NCBI GenBank assembly: GCA_963789955.1
Contig: CAWBMV010000022.1
Coordinates: 32,001-96,000, forward strand
DNA from: an uncultured Candidatus Rokubacteria bacterium
GTDB lineage: Bacteria > Methylomirabilota > Methylomirabilia > Rokubacteriales > CSP1-6
Reading direction: 5' to 3'
DNA: 64,000 nucleotides
A model generated the notes under the pieces. That model searched no databases and was not told where the DNA came from. It was given only the letters and a program-made list of their open reading frames with translations. Each line of letters starts with the position of its first letter. Within the stretch, counting starts at the first letter, position 1. Shown in pieces: positions 42,605 through 53,563 of this stretch. The position numbers and the translations under genes were made by a program.

Positions 42605-45600
42605 ATGCAGTGGCTGGCCGAGATCTCGATCAAGCGCCCGGTCTTCGCCTCGGTGCTGGTGCTCTCGCTCGTGGTGGTCGGGGCCTTCTCCTACTTCAAC
42701 CTGGGCGTCGACCGGTTCCCGAAGGTCGACTTCCCGACGGTGTCGATGACCACCCGGCAGCCCGGCGCGGCGCCCGAGGAGGTGGAGACCGAGATCACCG
42801 ACCGGATCGAGCGCGCGGTGAACACGATCTCCGGCATCGACGAGCTGCGCTCGATCTCGACCGAAGGCGTCTCGCAGGTCTTCATCCAGTTCAAGCTCGA
42901 GAAGAACGTCGACGTCGCCGCCCAGGAGGTGCGGGACAAGGTCAACCAGATCCTGGCCGACCTGCCGCCGGGACATCGACCGCGCCGATCGTCGACAAGG
43001 TCGACCCGGACGCGGCGCCCGTCCTCTATCTGGCGCTGTCGGCCGAAGCGGCCGATCCGCGAGATCACGGAGTTCGCCGACAAGACCGTGCGGCGCGAGC
43101 TGGAGGCGTCTGCGCGGCGTCGGCCAGGTGCACGATCGTCGGCGGCCGCGCCGCGCCAGGTCAACATCTGGCTGGATCCGGCGCGGCTGCGGGCCTACAA
43201 CCTCACGGTCGCCGAGGTGGCGCGCGCGCGTCGGCAACCAGAACCTCCAGCTGCCCGGCGGCACCGTGAGCCAGGGCCGCGCGAGCTGACCGTGCGCATG
43301 AAGGGCCGGGTCGAACACCGTACGCGAGTTCGACGGCGCTGGTCGTGGCCGACGCGGAACGGCACCCAGATCACGCTCGCGCGACGTCGGCGCGGTCGAG
43401 GACGGCACCGAGGACGTCGAGACCGCGGCGCAACATCGACGGCAAGCCGGCCGTGCGTGCTGGCGATCCGCAAGCAGTCCGGCACCAACACGGTCGCGGT
43501 CGTCGACGCGCGTCAAGGAGCGGCTCGCCGAGATCGAGCCGCGGCTGCCGGCCGGCTACGCGCTCGCAGGTCGTCCGCGACGAGTCGGAGTACATCAAGG
43601 CGTCGGTCGACGACGGTCCAGGAGCACCTGGTGGTCGGCGCGTTCCTGGCGGCGCTGGTGGTGCTGCTGTTCCTGCGGCAACTGGCGCTCCACGGTGATC
43701 GCCGCCATCGCGATCCCGACCTCGATCATCGGCACCTTCGCGCCTCATGTGGGCGATGGGCTTCACGCTCAACATCATGACGCTGCTCGGCGCTGACGCT
43801 GGCGGTCGGCATCGTCATCGACGACGCGATCGTGGTGCTCGAGAACATCTACCGCCTCATGGAGGAGAAGGGGCTGCCGCCGATCGCAGGCCGCGCTCGA
43901 GGGCACGCGCGAGATCGGCCTGGCGGTGCTGGCGACGACGCTGTCGCTCGATCGCCGTGTTCCTGCCGGTGGCGTTCATGGGCGGCATCGTCGGCCGGTT
44001 CATGAACTCGTTCGGGCTCACGATGGCGTTCGTCGATCGTGGTCTCGCTCGCTCGTGGCCTTCACGCTCACGCCGATGCTGGCCAGCCGCTGGCTCTCGG
44101 TCGACCGCACGGCGCGCCGCGCGCTCGCGGGACTCGCGGATCTTCGGCCGGCATCGAGCGCGGCTACGCGACGCGTGCTCGCGTGGTCGATGGCGCACCG
44201 CTGGGTCATCGTGCTGGCGAGCGTCGCGCACGCTGCGTCTCGGTCGTCCCGCTCTTCATGCGTCGCCGGCAAGGACTTCCTGCCGAAGAACGACGAGTCG
44301 CAGTTCGAGGTGAGCCGTGCGCGCGCCCGAAGGCACCACGGTCGAGCAGACCGAGCTGATCGCCGCGCGGGTCGAGCCGCGAGGTCAAGCGTCTGCCCGG
44401 CGTGGCCTACACGGTCGTGCTGGTCGGCGACGACGAGCAGTCGCACCGCCAACGTCGGCCGGGTCTTCGTGAAGCTGGTCGACCGTGCAGGAGCGCAAGC
44501 AAGCCCAGTTCCAGATCATGGACGCAGGTGCGCACGAGGTGCTGCCGCGATTCGCCGCCGAGAGCTGCGGACCAGCGTGTCGCAGGTGGCCGCGATCGCC
44601 GGCGGCGGCTTCACCAACAAGGAGGTCGCGTTCTTCGTCAGCGGGCCCGATCTCAGAAAGCTCGCCGAGTTTTCCCAGCGGATCGCCGCCGCGCTTGAAC
44701 AAGACACCGGGCGTGGTCGACGTCGACACGACCCTGGTGCTCGGCAAGCCCGAGCTGTCGGTGAAGCTCGATCGCGCCAAGGCCGCCGACCTCGGCGTGC
44801 AGGTGGCCGACGTGGCCTCGACGCTCCAGACGATGGTCGCCGGCCAGAAGATCTCGACCTACAACGAGGGCGGCGAGCAGTACGAGGTCCACGCGCGCGC
44901 CGTCCCGTCATGGCGCACGAGCTCCGAGAGCCTGAGCCAGATGAACGTGCCGTCGACGCGGCTCGGCGCCGTCAGCCTCGAGCACGTGGCCTCGTTCGAG
45001 GAGAGCCAGGGACCCTCGCAGGTCGACCGGCTCGGCCGGCGGCGTCAGGTCACGATCACCGCGAACATGCGTACCGGCTACTCCCAGCAGGCGGCGATCG
45101 AGGCGATCGAGCGCGAGGTCAGGGCGCTGAAGCTCGACTCGACGTACGCGACCGGGACGACCGGGACCTCCAAGGAGATGGGCAAGGCCGCCAAGAATTT
45201 CCTGCTGGCCTTCGTGCTGTCGATCATTTTCATGTACCTGGTCCTGGCGGCCCAGTTCGAGTCGTGGCTCCACCCGGTCACGATCCTGATCGCGCTGCCG
45301 CTGACCTTGCCGCTTCGCGCTACTGTCGATCGTGGCCTTCGGGCAGTCGCTCAACATCTATACGGCCCTCGGCCTGCTGGTGCTCTTCGGCGTCGTCAAG
45401 AAGAACGCCATCCTCCAGATCGATCACACGATCGCGCTGCGGGCGCAGGGGATGCGCGCGCGAGGCGGCGATCCTACAAGCCAACCGCGATCGGCTCCGC
45501 CCGATCTTGATGACGACGCTCGCTTTCGTGGCCGGGATGCTCCCGCTCCTGATTTCGCGAGGCGTGGGCGCCGGCGACAATCGGGCGATCGGCTCGGTGA

Positions 45601-45776
45601 TCGCCGGCGGCCAGATGCTGTCGCTCCTCCTGACCCTCCTGGCGACCCCGGTGTTCTACTCGCTGTTCGACGACGCGGCGACCCGCTTCGCTCCGCGCGT
45701 GTGGCTCGGGCGGCTCTTCGGCCGGCGCGCGCCGCGCGGTGACCGCCGACGGATTTCGGTCTTGACCGAACCCTGA
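42605..45776 (+). CDS. AcrB/SwrC-type RND permease (heavily frameshifted)
   Basis: [85 protein letters not shown]. Confidence 0.85.
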
Positions 45777-45829
45777 TCCCTGGTGTTAGTGGGGGGCGGT
45801 TCGGGGTCGAATCCTCAGGGGGTGTGACC

Positions 45830-47428
45830 ATGGCTGGAGCCGCCAAGCCGAAAGCCGCGAAGCGGGCCGAGGCCGCACCGCAGGCCGCCGCAAAGACGCC
45901 AACGCTTCCGTACACCGGCCGGGAGTTTCTCGAGAGTCTCGACGACGGCCGCGAAGTCTGGATCTACGGCGAGCGCGTCAAGAACATCACGAAGCACCCG
46001 GCCTTCCAGAACTGCGCCCGCATGCTCGCGCGGCTCTACGATGCGTTGCACGACGACCACGCGAGCGGCCGGAACGTCCTGACCGAGCCCACGGAATGGG
46101 GCGGGTTCACGCATCGATACTTCCGCGCTCCCACCACGGTCGAGGAGCAGGTGGCGGGGCGCGACGCCATCGCGGCGTGGGCGCGGATCACTTACGGGTG
46201 GCTCGGGCGCTCGCCCGACTACAAGGCGGCGTTCCTGGGCACGCTCGGCGCCAACGCCGAATTCTATGCGCCGTATCAGGACAACGCGCGGCGCTGGTAT
46301 CGGTTCTCGCAGGAGCGCGTGCCATTCATCAATCACGCGATCATCCATCCTCCCGTCGACCGGAACCTGGCCCCCGGCGCGCCGGGCGGGCCGATCGACA
46401 TCTGCGCGCACGTCACCAAGGAGACCGACGCCGGGATCTACGTCTCCGGCGCCAAGGTCGTCGCGACCGGCTCGGCGCTGACGCACTTCACGTTCGTCGC
46501 GCATCACGGGCTCATTCCGGTCCAGGGCAAGAACTTCGCGATCGTGTTCATGGTGCCGACGAACGCCAAGGGCGTGAAGCTCATCTGCCGCGTGTCGAAC
46601 GAGATGCGCGCGGCCCTGCTCGGCAGCCCGTTCGACTACCCGCTGTCGAGCCGACTCGACGAGAACGACGCGATCTTCGTGATGGACAACGTGTTCGTGC
46701 CCTGGGAAGACGTGTTCGTCTACGCCGACGTCGAGAAGGCGAACAACTTCTTCCCGCGGACCGGCTTCCTGCCGCGCGCCCTCATCCACGGCTGCACGCG
46801 CCTGGCGGTCAAGCTCGACTTCATCACCGGACTCATGATCAAGGCGACCGAGATCACCGGGGCGCGCTCGTTCCGGGGGGTCGAGGCGAACATCGGCGAG
46901 GTCATCGCCTGGCGCAACATGATCTGGGGGCTCTCCGACGCGATGGCCAAGAGCGGCGATCCGTGGACGGGCGGCTGCATCCTGCCGGCCATGGAGCCGG
47001 CGGCCGCCTACCAGGTGCTGGCGCCCGAGGCTTACGTGCAGATCAAGAACCTGATCGAGAAGACCGTCGCCAGCGGGCTCATCTACCTCAACTCGCACGC
47101 GCGCGACTTCAAGAACGCGGATCTGCGCAAGTACCTCGACCTGTATATGCGCGGCTCGGGCGGAGTCGACGCCGTCGAGCGCGTCAAGCTCATGAAGCTC
47201 CTATGGGACGCGGTCGGCACCGAGTTCGGCGGCCGTCACGAGCTCTACGAGATCAACTACTCGGGCAGCCACGAGGAGATCCGGCGCTATGCGTTGCTCG
47301 GCGCGCTCGCCTCGGGCCAGTACGATCGCTGGAAGCAGTTCGCCGAGACCTGCATGGCCGAGTACGACATCGACGGGTGGACGGCGAAGGACCTGATCAA
47401 CGTGAACGGGCTCGGCGCGCCGCGCTGA
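45830..47428 (+). CDS. hpaB: 4-hydroxyphenylacetate 3-hydroxylase family, oxygenase component
   Basis: [64 protein letters not shown]. Confidence 0.88.
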   Translation: MAGAAKPKAAKRAEAAPQAAAKTPTLPYTGREFLESLDDGREVWIYGERVKNITKHPAFQNCARMLARLYDALHDDHASGRNVLTEPTEWGGFTHRYFRAPTTVEEQVAGRDAIAAWARITYGWLGRSPDYKAAFLGTLGANAEFYAPYQDNARRWYRFSQERVPFINHAIIHPPVDRNLAPGAPGGPIDICAHVTKETDAGIYVSGAKVVATGSALTHFTFVAHHGLIPVQGKNFAIVFMVPTNAKGVKLICRVSNEMRAALLGSPFDYPLSSRLDENDAIFVMDNVFVPWEDVFVYADVEKANNFFPRTGFLPRALIHGCTRLAVKLDFITGLMIKATEITGARSFRGVEANIGEVIAWRNMIWGLSDAMAKSGDPWTGGCILPAMEPAAAYQVLAPEAYVQIKNLIEKTVASGLIYLNSHARDFKNADLRKYLDLYMRGSGGVDAVERVKLMKLLWDAVGTEFGGRHELYEINYSGSHEEIRRYALLGALASGQYDRWKQFAETCMAEYDIDGWTAKDLINVNGLGAPR

Positions 47429-47488
47429 CGGGCGCGGCCGGCGGTCGAGCCGTCGGCAGAGGCCCACGGGGTGTTGTATGGTCTGGGC

Positions 47489-48376
47489 ATGAGCGCGACG
47501 TCGGCGGGGGCGCAGTTCCGGGCGGCCGTGAAGGACGAACGGCCGCTGCAGGTGGTCGGATGCATCTACGCGTATGCCGCGCGGATGGCCGAGCGGGTTG
47601 GGTTCAAGGCGATCTATCTGTCCGGTGGTGGCGTCGCGGCGGGGTCGCTTGGTGTGCCCGATCTGGGGATCACGACGCTCGAGGACGTGCTGACCGACGT
47701 GCGACGGATCGCCGGCAGCACGCGGCTGCCGCTCCTGGTGGATGCGGATACGGGATTCGGAGGCGCGTTCAACATCGCCCGGACCGTGCGATCGCTGATC
47801 GCGTCGGGCGCCGGCGCGATGCATATAGAAGATCAGGTGCAGGCCAAGCGGTGTGGGCACCGGCCGGGCAAGGCCATCGTCGCGAAGACCGAGATGGTCG
47901 ACCGCATCAAGGCCGCGGTCGACGCGCGAACCGATCCGGCGTTCGTCATCATGGCCCGGACCGACGCGCTGGCAGTCGAGGGAGTCGAGCCCGCGATCGA
48001 GCGTGCCGCGGCATGTGTCGAAGCCGGCGCCGACATGGTATTTCCGGAGGCGGTCACCGAGCTCGCGGTGTTTCGGCGGTTCGCCGATGCGGTCCGTGTT
48101 CCGATTCTCGCCAACATCACCGAGTTCGGTGTGACGCCGCTGTTCTCCGTCGACGAGCTGGCCGGCGCCGGAGTGGGGATCGTCCTCTATCCGCTGTCGG
48201 CGTTTCGCGCGATGAATGCGGCGGCGCTCTCCGTCTACGAGACCGTCAGACGAGACGGCTCACAGAAGCGCGTCGTCTCCTCGATGCAGACACGCGCCGA
48301 GCTCTACGAATTCCTCGACTACCACGCCTACGAGGGCAAGCTCGACGAGCTCTTCTCGAAGGACCAGAAGGAGTGA
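47489..48376 (+). CDS. prpB: 2-methylisocitrate lyase
   Basis: [56 protein letters not shown]. Confidence 0.92.
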   Translation: MSATSAGAQFRAAVKDERPLQVVGCIYAYAARMAERVGFKAIYLSGGGVAAGSLGVPDLGITTLEDVLTDVRRIAGSTRLPLLVDADTGFGGAFNIARTVRSLIASGAGAMHIEDQVQAKRCGHRPGKAIVAKTEMVDRIKAAVDARTDPAFVIMARTDALAVEGVEPAIERAAACVEAGADMVFPEAVTELAVFRRFADAVRVPILANITEFGVTPLFSVDELAGAGVGIVLYPLSAFRAMNAAALSVYETVRRDGSQKRVVSSMQTRAELYEFLDYHAYEGKLDELFSKDQKE

Positions 48377-48380
48377 CGCC

Positions 48381-49227
48381 GTGCCGAAGATCCTGACCGA
48401 GGCCCAGGTGCAGTCGTTCCAGCGCGACGGATTCCTGTCGCCCGTGCGCGCGATGAGCGCGGAGCGCGCCGGCCACTATCGCGAGCGGTTCGAGTCGCTG
48501 GAGGCGCGCGTGCTCGGACATCAAGAAGATGAAGACGAAGTCGCATCTTCTCTGTCCGTGGGTGCTCGACATCGCCGAGGACCCGTACGTCCTGGACATC
48601 TTCGAGGACCTGATCGGGCCGAACCTCCGCTGCTGGAGCATGGCGTGGCGGGTGAAGAAGGCCGACGGCGAGACCTTCGCGGGCTGGCATCAGGATTCGT
48701 TCTACGGCTCGGCCGTCCCGGTGGTGCTGGGCGCGCTCGCGCTCTCCGAGTGCGGCAGCCGGCAGGGCTGCTTGCGCGGCATTCCCGGCTCGCACACGTG
48801 GGGCATCCTGCGCCACGAGGAGACCGACGACCCGAAGAGCATCCTGGCGCGCGGCCAGTACATCAGTGAGCCGTTCGACGAGTCGAAGGCGGTCGACTTC
48901 GCGCTTCAGCCGGGCGAGATGGCCATGTTCGACAACTCGCTCGTCCACGGCTCGGCGGGAAACTTCGGACCCGACCGGCGATTCCTCCTGCTCGTCGAGA
49001 TGCTGCCGACGTGGGCGAAGCCCGCGAAGGTGCGCCAGCCCGCGATGCTCATGCGCGGCGTCGATACGTACGACAACTTCGACGACGAGCCCAGGCCCGA
49101 CGCGGAATGGTCCGAGACCGCGCTCGCGAACTGGAGCCGTGTCGTCGGGGCGCGCGCCAGGCTCCTCTTCGAGGACAGCCGCTACGGCCCGAGCGAGGCG
49201 TACGGCGGGTCACGGCCGGCGACATGA
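48381..49227 (+). CDS. Phytanoyl-CoA dioxygenase family Fe(II)/2OG enzyme (frameshift near 48510)
   Basis: LTEAQVQSFQRDGF, WHQD, IPGSH, LQPGE....H facial triad. Confidence 0.85.
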
Positions 49228-49290
49228 GCGGTCGCCCGGAGCAGCTCATATAGCTCATATAGTTTGACCGGCTCCGGTCGGGACGGTACC

Positions 49291-51216
49291 GTGGTTTCCC
49301 TGGCCACTTTCTCGTCTCTCGCTCGAATATTCCGGCGCCGTCCTCCGTTCACCCTGGCCCTCGTGGGGCTGGTGGTGCTGCTCACCGGTCTCACCGGCGC
49401 CATCATCGGCGGCGTGGCCTGGCGCGATCAGCGAGCGCGGTCGCGCGCCCTCCTCGACGCGGCGATGTCCCAGGCCGCCCGGTTGACCGCGGCCCACGCC
49501 GACCGCGTGCTCGAGGACGCCTCGGCGACGGCGCGTCTGGGCGCCGAGATGGTGCAGCAAGGGCAGCTCGATCTCGGAGATGATCGCGCGCTCGAGCGGT
49601 TCACGTTGGCGGTGCTGCGTGCCCACCCGCACCTGAGCTGGGTGAGCTACGGCGACCGGCTCAACCGGTTTCTCGGCGCGTGGCGCGATCCTCGCGACAA
49701 CGTCTACATCAACAAGAGCTTCCCGTATCGAGGTCGCATCCGGCTCGAGGAAGATCGCATGCTCCCGGACGGCCGCCGGGAGCCGGTGCGCCGCACCGAT
49801 GACCATCGCTACCGTCCGACCGAGCGGCCGTACTTCCGCGCTGCGGAAGCTCAACGAGCGCCGGTATGGACCGAGCCGTACGAGTTCTACGCCGGCGGCG
49901 GACTCGGCATCACCTGCGCCGCTCCTGTCCTCGACGTGCTCGGCGGCGTGAAGGGCGTCTTCACCGTGGATTTCTCGCTGGACCGGCTGGCGAGCGCCTT
50001 CAAAGACCTGCAAGTGTCTTCGCGCGGGCGCGTGTTCGTCGCGACGGCGCAGGGCGCGCTGCTGGTCGGGCGCGGGGGCTCCGGCGCCTCGCGTCGAGAG
50101 GTCATCGACGCCGAGCTCGCCGCCGCGGCGATGCGACAGACCCCGGTGAGCGACGCCACGTACGAATTCGAGCACCAGGGCGAGACGTATCTCGCCCGCG
50201 CGGTGCCCATCTCGGTCGGTGATCTGCAGTGGGTGGTGGAGGTCGTCGTCCCCGCGACCGACTACACCGAGCACGTCGACGCCGAGGCCCGCGTCGCGCT
50301 CGCGCTCGGCCTGGTGGCGCTGCTGCTCGCCGTGGCCGGCGGCGTGATGCTGGCGCGGTGGATCGCGCGGCCGTTGCAGGAGCTGGCGCGACACGCGCGC
50401 CGGATCCGTCACGGCGATTTGGCGGTGACCGTCGTGCCCAGGAGCCGGGACGAGATCGGCGTCCTGGCCCGGGCGATGGGCGACATGGTGCAGGCCCTGC
50501 GCGACCGCGATTTCATCCGCGAGACTTTCGGACGCTACGTCAGCCCGGAGCTCGCCGAGCAATGCCTGCGCGACCGCGACGCGTTGCAGCTCGGCGGCGA
50601 GGTGCGAGAGGTCGCGATGCTCATGTCCGACCTCCGCGGCTTCTCCGAGCTCTCGGAGCGTCTCGGCGCGCGGGCGATGATCGGCCTGCTCAACGAATAC
50701 CTGGCCAAGATGACGCCGGTGATCATCCAGCACGGCGGCACGATCAACGAGTTCATCGGCGACGCGATCTTCGTGCTCTTCGGCGCACCGTTCGGCCGTC
50801 CGGACGACGCCGAGCGCGCCGTACGTTGCGCCCACGCGATGCAGCAGGCCCTGCGCGCGTTCAACGCCGACAGCCGGCAGCGCGGCTTGCCCGAGCTCAG
50901 CATGGGCATCGGGCTCCACGTCGGGTCGGTCGTGGCCGGCAACATCGGGAGTACCGAGCGCGTGAAGTACGGCGTGGTCGGACCCGCCGTGAACCTGGTC
51001 GCGCGCATCCAGGCGCTGACACTCGGGGGCGAAGTGCTCATGTCCGACGCGATCCGGAATCTGGTGGCGTCCAGGATCGAGGTCACGCCGGGGCGGCTCG
51101 AGCGGTTCAAGGGTGTCCGCGACGCGGTGTTGGTGTACCGGCTCCTCGCGGTCGCCGACGGGCCCGATCGTTCAGGCGCCGAGCCGCGGATCACGCACCT
51201 CGACGCTGTCGACTAG
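49291..51216 (+). CDS. Membrane class III nucleotidyl cyclase (Cache-HAMP-CHD), probable guanylate cyclase
   Basis: Two TMs, WTEPY Cache, HAMP (RDEIGVLA), SDLRGFS, NEFIGDA, KYGVVGPAVNLVARIQ. Confidence 0.88.
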   Translation: MVSLATFSSLARIFRRRPPFTLALVGLVVLLTGLTGAIIGGVAWRDQRARSRALLDAAMSQAARLTAAHADRVLEDASATARLGAEMVQQGQLDLGDDRALERFTLAVLRAHPHLSWVSYGDRLNRFLGAWRDPRDNVYINKSFPYRGRIRLEEDRMLPDGRREPVRRTDDHRYRPTERPYFRAAEAQRAPVWTEPYEFYAGGGLGITCAAPVLDVLGGVKGVFTVDFSLDRLASAFKDLQVSSRGRVFVATAQGALLVGRGGSGASRREVIDAELAAAAMRQTPVSDATYEFEHQGETYLARAVPISVGDLQWVVEVVVPATDYTEHVDAEARVALALGLVALLLAVAGGVMLARWIARPLQELARHARRIRHGDLAVTVVPRSRDEIGVLARAMGDMVQALRDRDFIRETFGRYVSPELAEQCLRDRDALQLGGEVREVAMLMSDLRGFSELSERLGARAMIGLLNEYLAKMTPVIIQHGGTINEFIGDAIFVLFGAPFGRPDDAERAVRCAHAMQQALRAFNADSRQRGLPELSMGIGLHVGSVVAGNIGSTERVKYGVVGPAVNLVARIQALTLGGEVLMSDAIRNLVASRIEVTPGRLERFKGVRDAVLVYRLLAVADGPDRSGAEPRITHLDAVD

Positions 51217-51383
51217 CGCTCGTTCTCCCGGGTAGCCCAGCTTTTCGGAAAGTTTGGGAACCTGCTGTGTCCTGAGAGGAAAGTCGCCGACCTGATCAGA
51301 AACTGACCGGCTCGGGCCCGGTCAGCGGACCGGTCCTTCCGTAGTCTTACCGGAATTTCAGCCATTTCCGACGCACCCAGGTC

Positions 51384-51399
51384 TGGCACCACGCGTGCT
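51384..51399 (+). promoter_or_regulatory. Putative sigma-54 promoter for the GAF-GGDEF and response regulator genes
   Basis: TGGCACCACGCGTGCT; upstream inverted repeat CTGACCGG-N7-CCGGTCAG at 51303-51325. Confidence 0.55.
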
Positions 51400-51413
51400 T
51401 TCTCTAACGTGTC

Positions 51414-52520
51414 ATGGACATCCCGGGCGCGAAGATGGGGAATCTGAGCTTGACCGGGGTCATGGGTGCGACCACCAAGGAACACGGCGCCCAACTGGTC
51501 GAAGACCTCCTGCAGCTCGGGATCGCCATCAGCAGCGAGGGCGAGCTCGCCCCCGTGCTCGAGCGCATCGTGACCCAGGCGCGCCGCTTCACGGGCGCCG
51601 AGGCGGCGACCCTCTTCCTGCGGGAAGGCGCGCATCTGCGCTTCGCCGTGGTCCAGAACGAGATCACCAACCGGCGGCTCGGCGACTACGAGCTGCAACA
51701 GCGACTCGATATCGAGCGGCTGCCGCTCGACGTGCCGAGCCTCGCGGGCTATGTCGCGAACTCCGGCGAGGTGGTCAATGTGCCGGAAGCCTACGACATC
51801 CCCAGTGACGCGCCCTACGCCTTCAACTGGCGCGTGGATCTGACGACGGGCTATCGAACCCATTCGGTGCTGGCGGTCCCGCTGCGAGACGCGTCACAGC
51901 GAAACCTCGGCGTCCTGCAGCTGATCAACGCGATCGGGAGCGACGGTCAGGCGGTTCCGTTTCATCCGCGCCTCGAGGACGTGGCCAGGGCCTTCGCCGC
52001 CTACGCGGCGATCGCCGTCCGCAGCGCACGGCTGGAGGAGCTGTCGTTCAAGGATCCGCTCACCGACGGCTACAACCGGCGCTATCTGATGCTGCGGCTC
52101 TATGAAGAGGTGAGCCGCGCGGCCCGTTATCAGCAGCCGCTCTCGCTGATCCTGCTCGACCTCGACGGGTTCAAGGCCGTCAACGATCGCTACGGCCACG
52201 GCGCCGGCGACGACGTGCTCAAGCAGGTCGTGCAGCTCCTGGCGAGCCAATCGCGGCGGGACTCGGTCGTGGCGCGCTACGGCGGGGACGAGTTCATCGC
52301 GCTGCTGCCGAGCACCACCAAGGCGGCGGCCCTGGTGTACGCGGAGCGGATGCGCGCGATCATCGAGCGCTATCCGTTCCAGCACGGACCGCTGACGGCG
52401 AGCTTCGGCGTCGCCGGCTATCCCGACGATCCGGGGAACGTCACCGACTTGATCAAGCGCGCGGACCACGCCCTCTACGACGCCAAGCGACAGGGACGCA
52501 ACCTCGTGGGAGGTCTCTGA
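51414..52520 (+). CDS. GAF-GGDEF diguanylate cyclase
   Basis: GAF (GYRTHSVLAVPL, GVLQLIN), DPLT..YNRR, DLDGFK.VND.YGH..GD, RYGGDEF. Confidence 0.92.
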   Translation: MDIPGAKMGNLSLTGVMGATTKEHGAQLVEDLLQLGIAISSEGELAPVLERIVTQARRFTGAEAATLFLREGAHLRFAVVQNEITNRRLGDYELQQRLDIERLPLDVPSLAGYVANSGEVVNVPEAYDIPSDAPYAFNWRVDLTTGYRTHSVLAVPLRDASQRNLGVLQLINAIGSDGQAVPFHPRLEDVARAFAAYAAIAVRSARLEELSFKDPLTDGYNRRYLMLRLYEEVSRAARYQQPLSLILLDLDGFKAVNDRYGHGAGDDVLKQVVQLLASQSRRDSVVARYGGDEFIALLPSTTKAAALVYAERMRAIIERYPFQHGPLTASFGVAGYPDDPGNVTDLIKRADHALYDAKRQGRNLVGGL

Positions 52521-52521
52521 G

Positions 52522-52938
52522 ATGAGCACGCTCGCCGGCACCGCGCGCGCGACCAAGCGCGTGCTGATCGTCGATGACGACGCGGCGGTGGTGCAGGTGC
52601 TGCACGACGCGCTCGGCCTGTTCCGTCACGACCACGCCTACTCGGTCGAGATCGCGCGCGACGGCGCCGAAGGCTTCGCGGCGCTCGAGCGCGCCGAGTT
52701 CGACCTGGTCCTGCTCGACATGTACATGCCGCGCATGACCGGTCTCGAGCTGCTCGCGAAGATGCGGCAGCGCGGCCTGCGGACGCCGGTTTTGATGCTG
52801 ACGGGCAACGAGGACAACCGATCCGCGGCCAATGCGCTCGCGGGGGGCATCTTTGCCTACGTGCCCAAGCCGTTCGATCTGCAGCATCTCGAGATGCTGA
52901 TCTCGCTCGCCGCCTCATCGCGTCCAGCGGTCGCCTGA
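52522..52938 (+). CDS. Stand-alone response regulator (CheY-like)
   Basis: LIVDDD, LLDMYMP, LTG, KPF. Confidence 0.9.
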   Translation: MSTLAGTARATKRVLIVDDDAAVVQVLHDALGLFRHDHAYSVEIARDGAEGFAALERAEFDLVLLDMYMPRMTGLELLAKMRQRGLRTPVLMLTGNEDNRSAANALAGGIFAYVPKPFDLQHLEMLISLAASSRPAVA

Positions 52939-52984
52939 GCCGAGTTTCCCCGACCGGGTACCGCCCGAGCGGCGGCCGCGCGCC

Positions 52985-53459
52985 TCAGCGTCCGAGCCAG
53001 TGGATGACGGTGCCGATCACGCCGGCGCCGGCGATGAGCCACACGGAATTGATCCGCCACCGCAGCAGCAGAATTGTCGCCACCAGCGCCAGGGCGGCGC
53101 TCGGCCCGTCGATCACGGCGCTGCGTCCGAGCTGCCAGGTGACCGCCAGCATGAGCCCGATCGCCGCAACGTTCACGCGAGCTGCGGAGGCGGGGCACGA
53201 GCGGATACACGATCGCGACGAATACGAACGACGGCAGGAAGATCGCCAGCTCGGTCGAGGTGGGGCCGGGGATGAGATTGCTGGCGCCGAGCAGATCGAG
53301 GAATTGCTGCTCGGTCACCCAGCGCCGCCGCGTTACGACCTCGTCGCGCATGAGCGCGATGTGCGCCGCGGGCCCGCCGAATGCGACGAAGCCGAGCTTC
53401 AAGAAGAGCGCGGCGACCTCGCTCAGCGATCCCGCGTGAGACGGTCCGGCGTCACGCAC
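52985..53459 (-). pseudogene. chrA: Internally deleted chromate transporter (ChrA) remnant
   Basis: [26 protein letters not shown] joined directly to FLPSFVFV; frameshift before the VNVAAIGLM...INSVWLI C-terminus. Confidence 0.75.
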
Positions 53460-53563
53460 CCGCCGATGATACTCAAACCCGATCGAGCCCGATGTCGCGC
53501 GGTCCTGTGACCGCTCGCCAAGCGAGTTGACCCCGGCGATCCGATCGCGTAGATCTGATGGCT

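Noticed and set aside
45795..45825. GGGGTCGAATCCTC resembling a tRNA T-arm or integration scar
   Set aside because: No TTCGA, poor stem, no cloverleaf or CCA.
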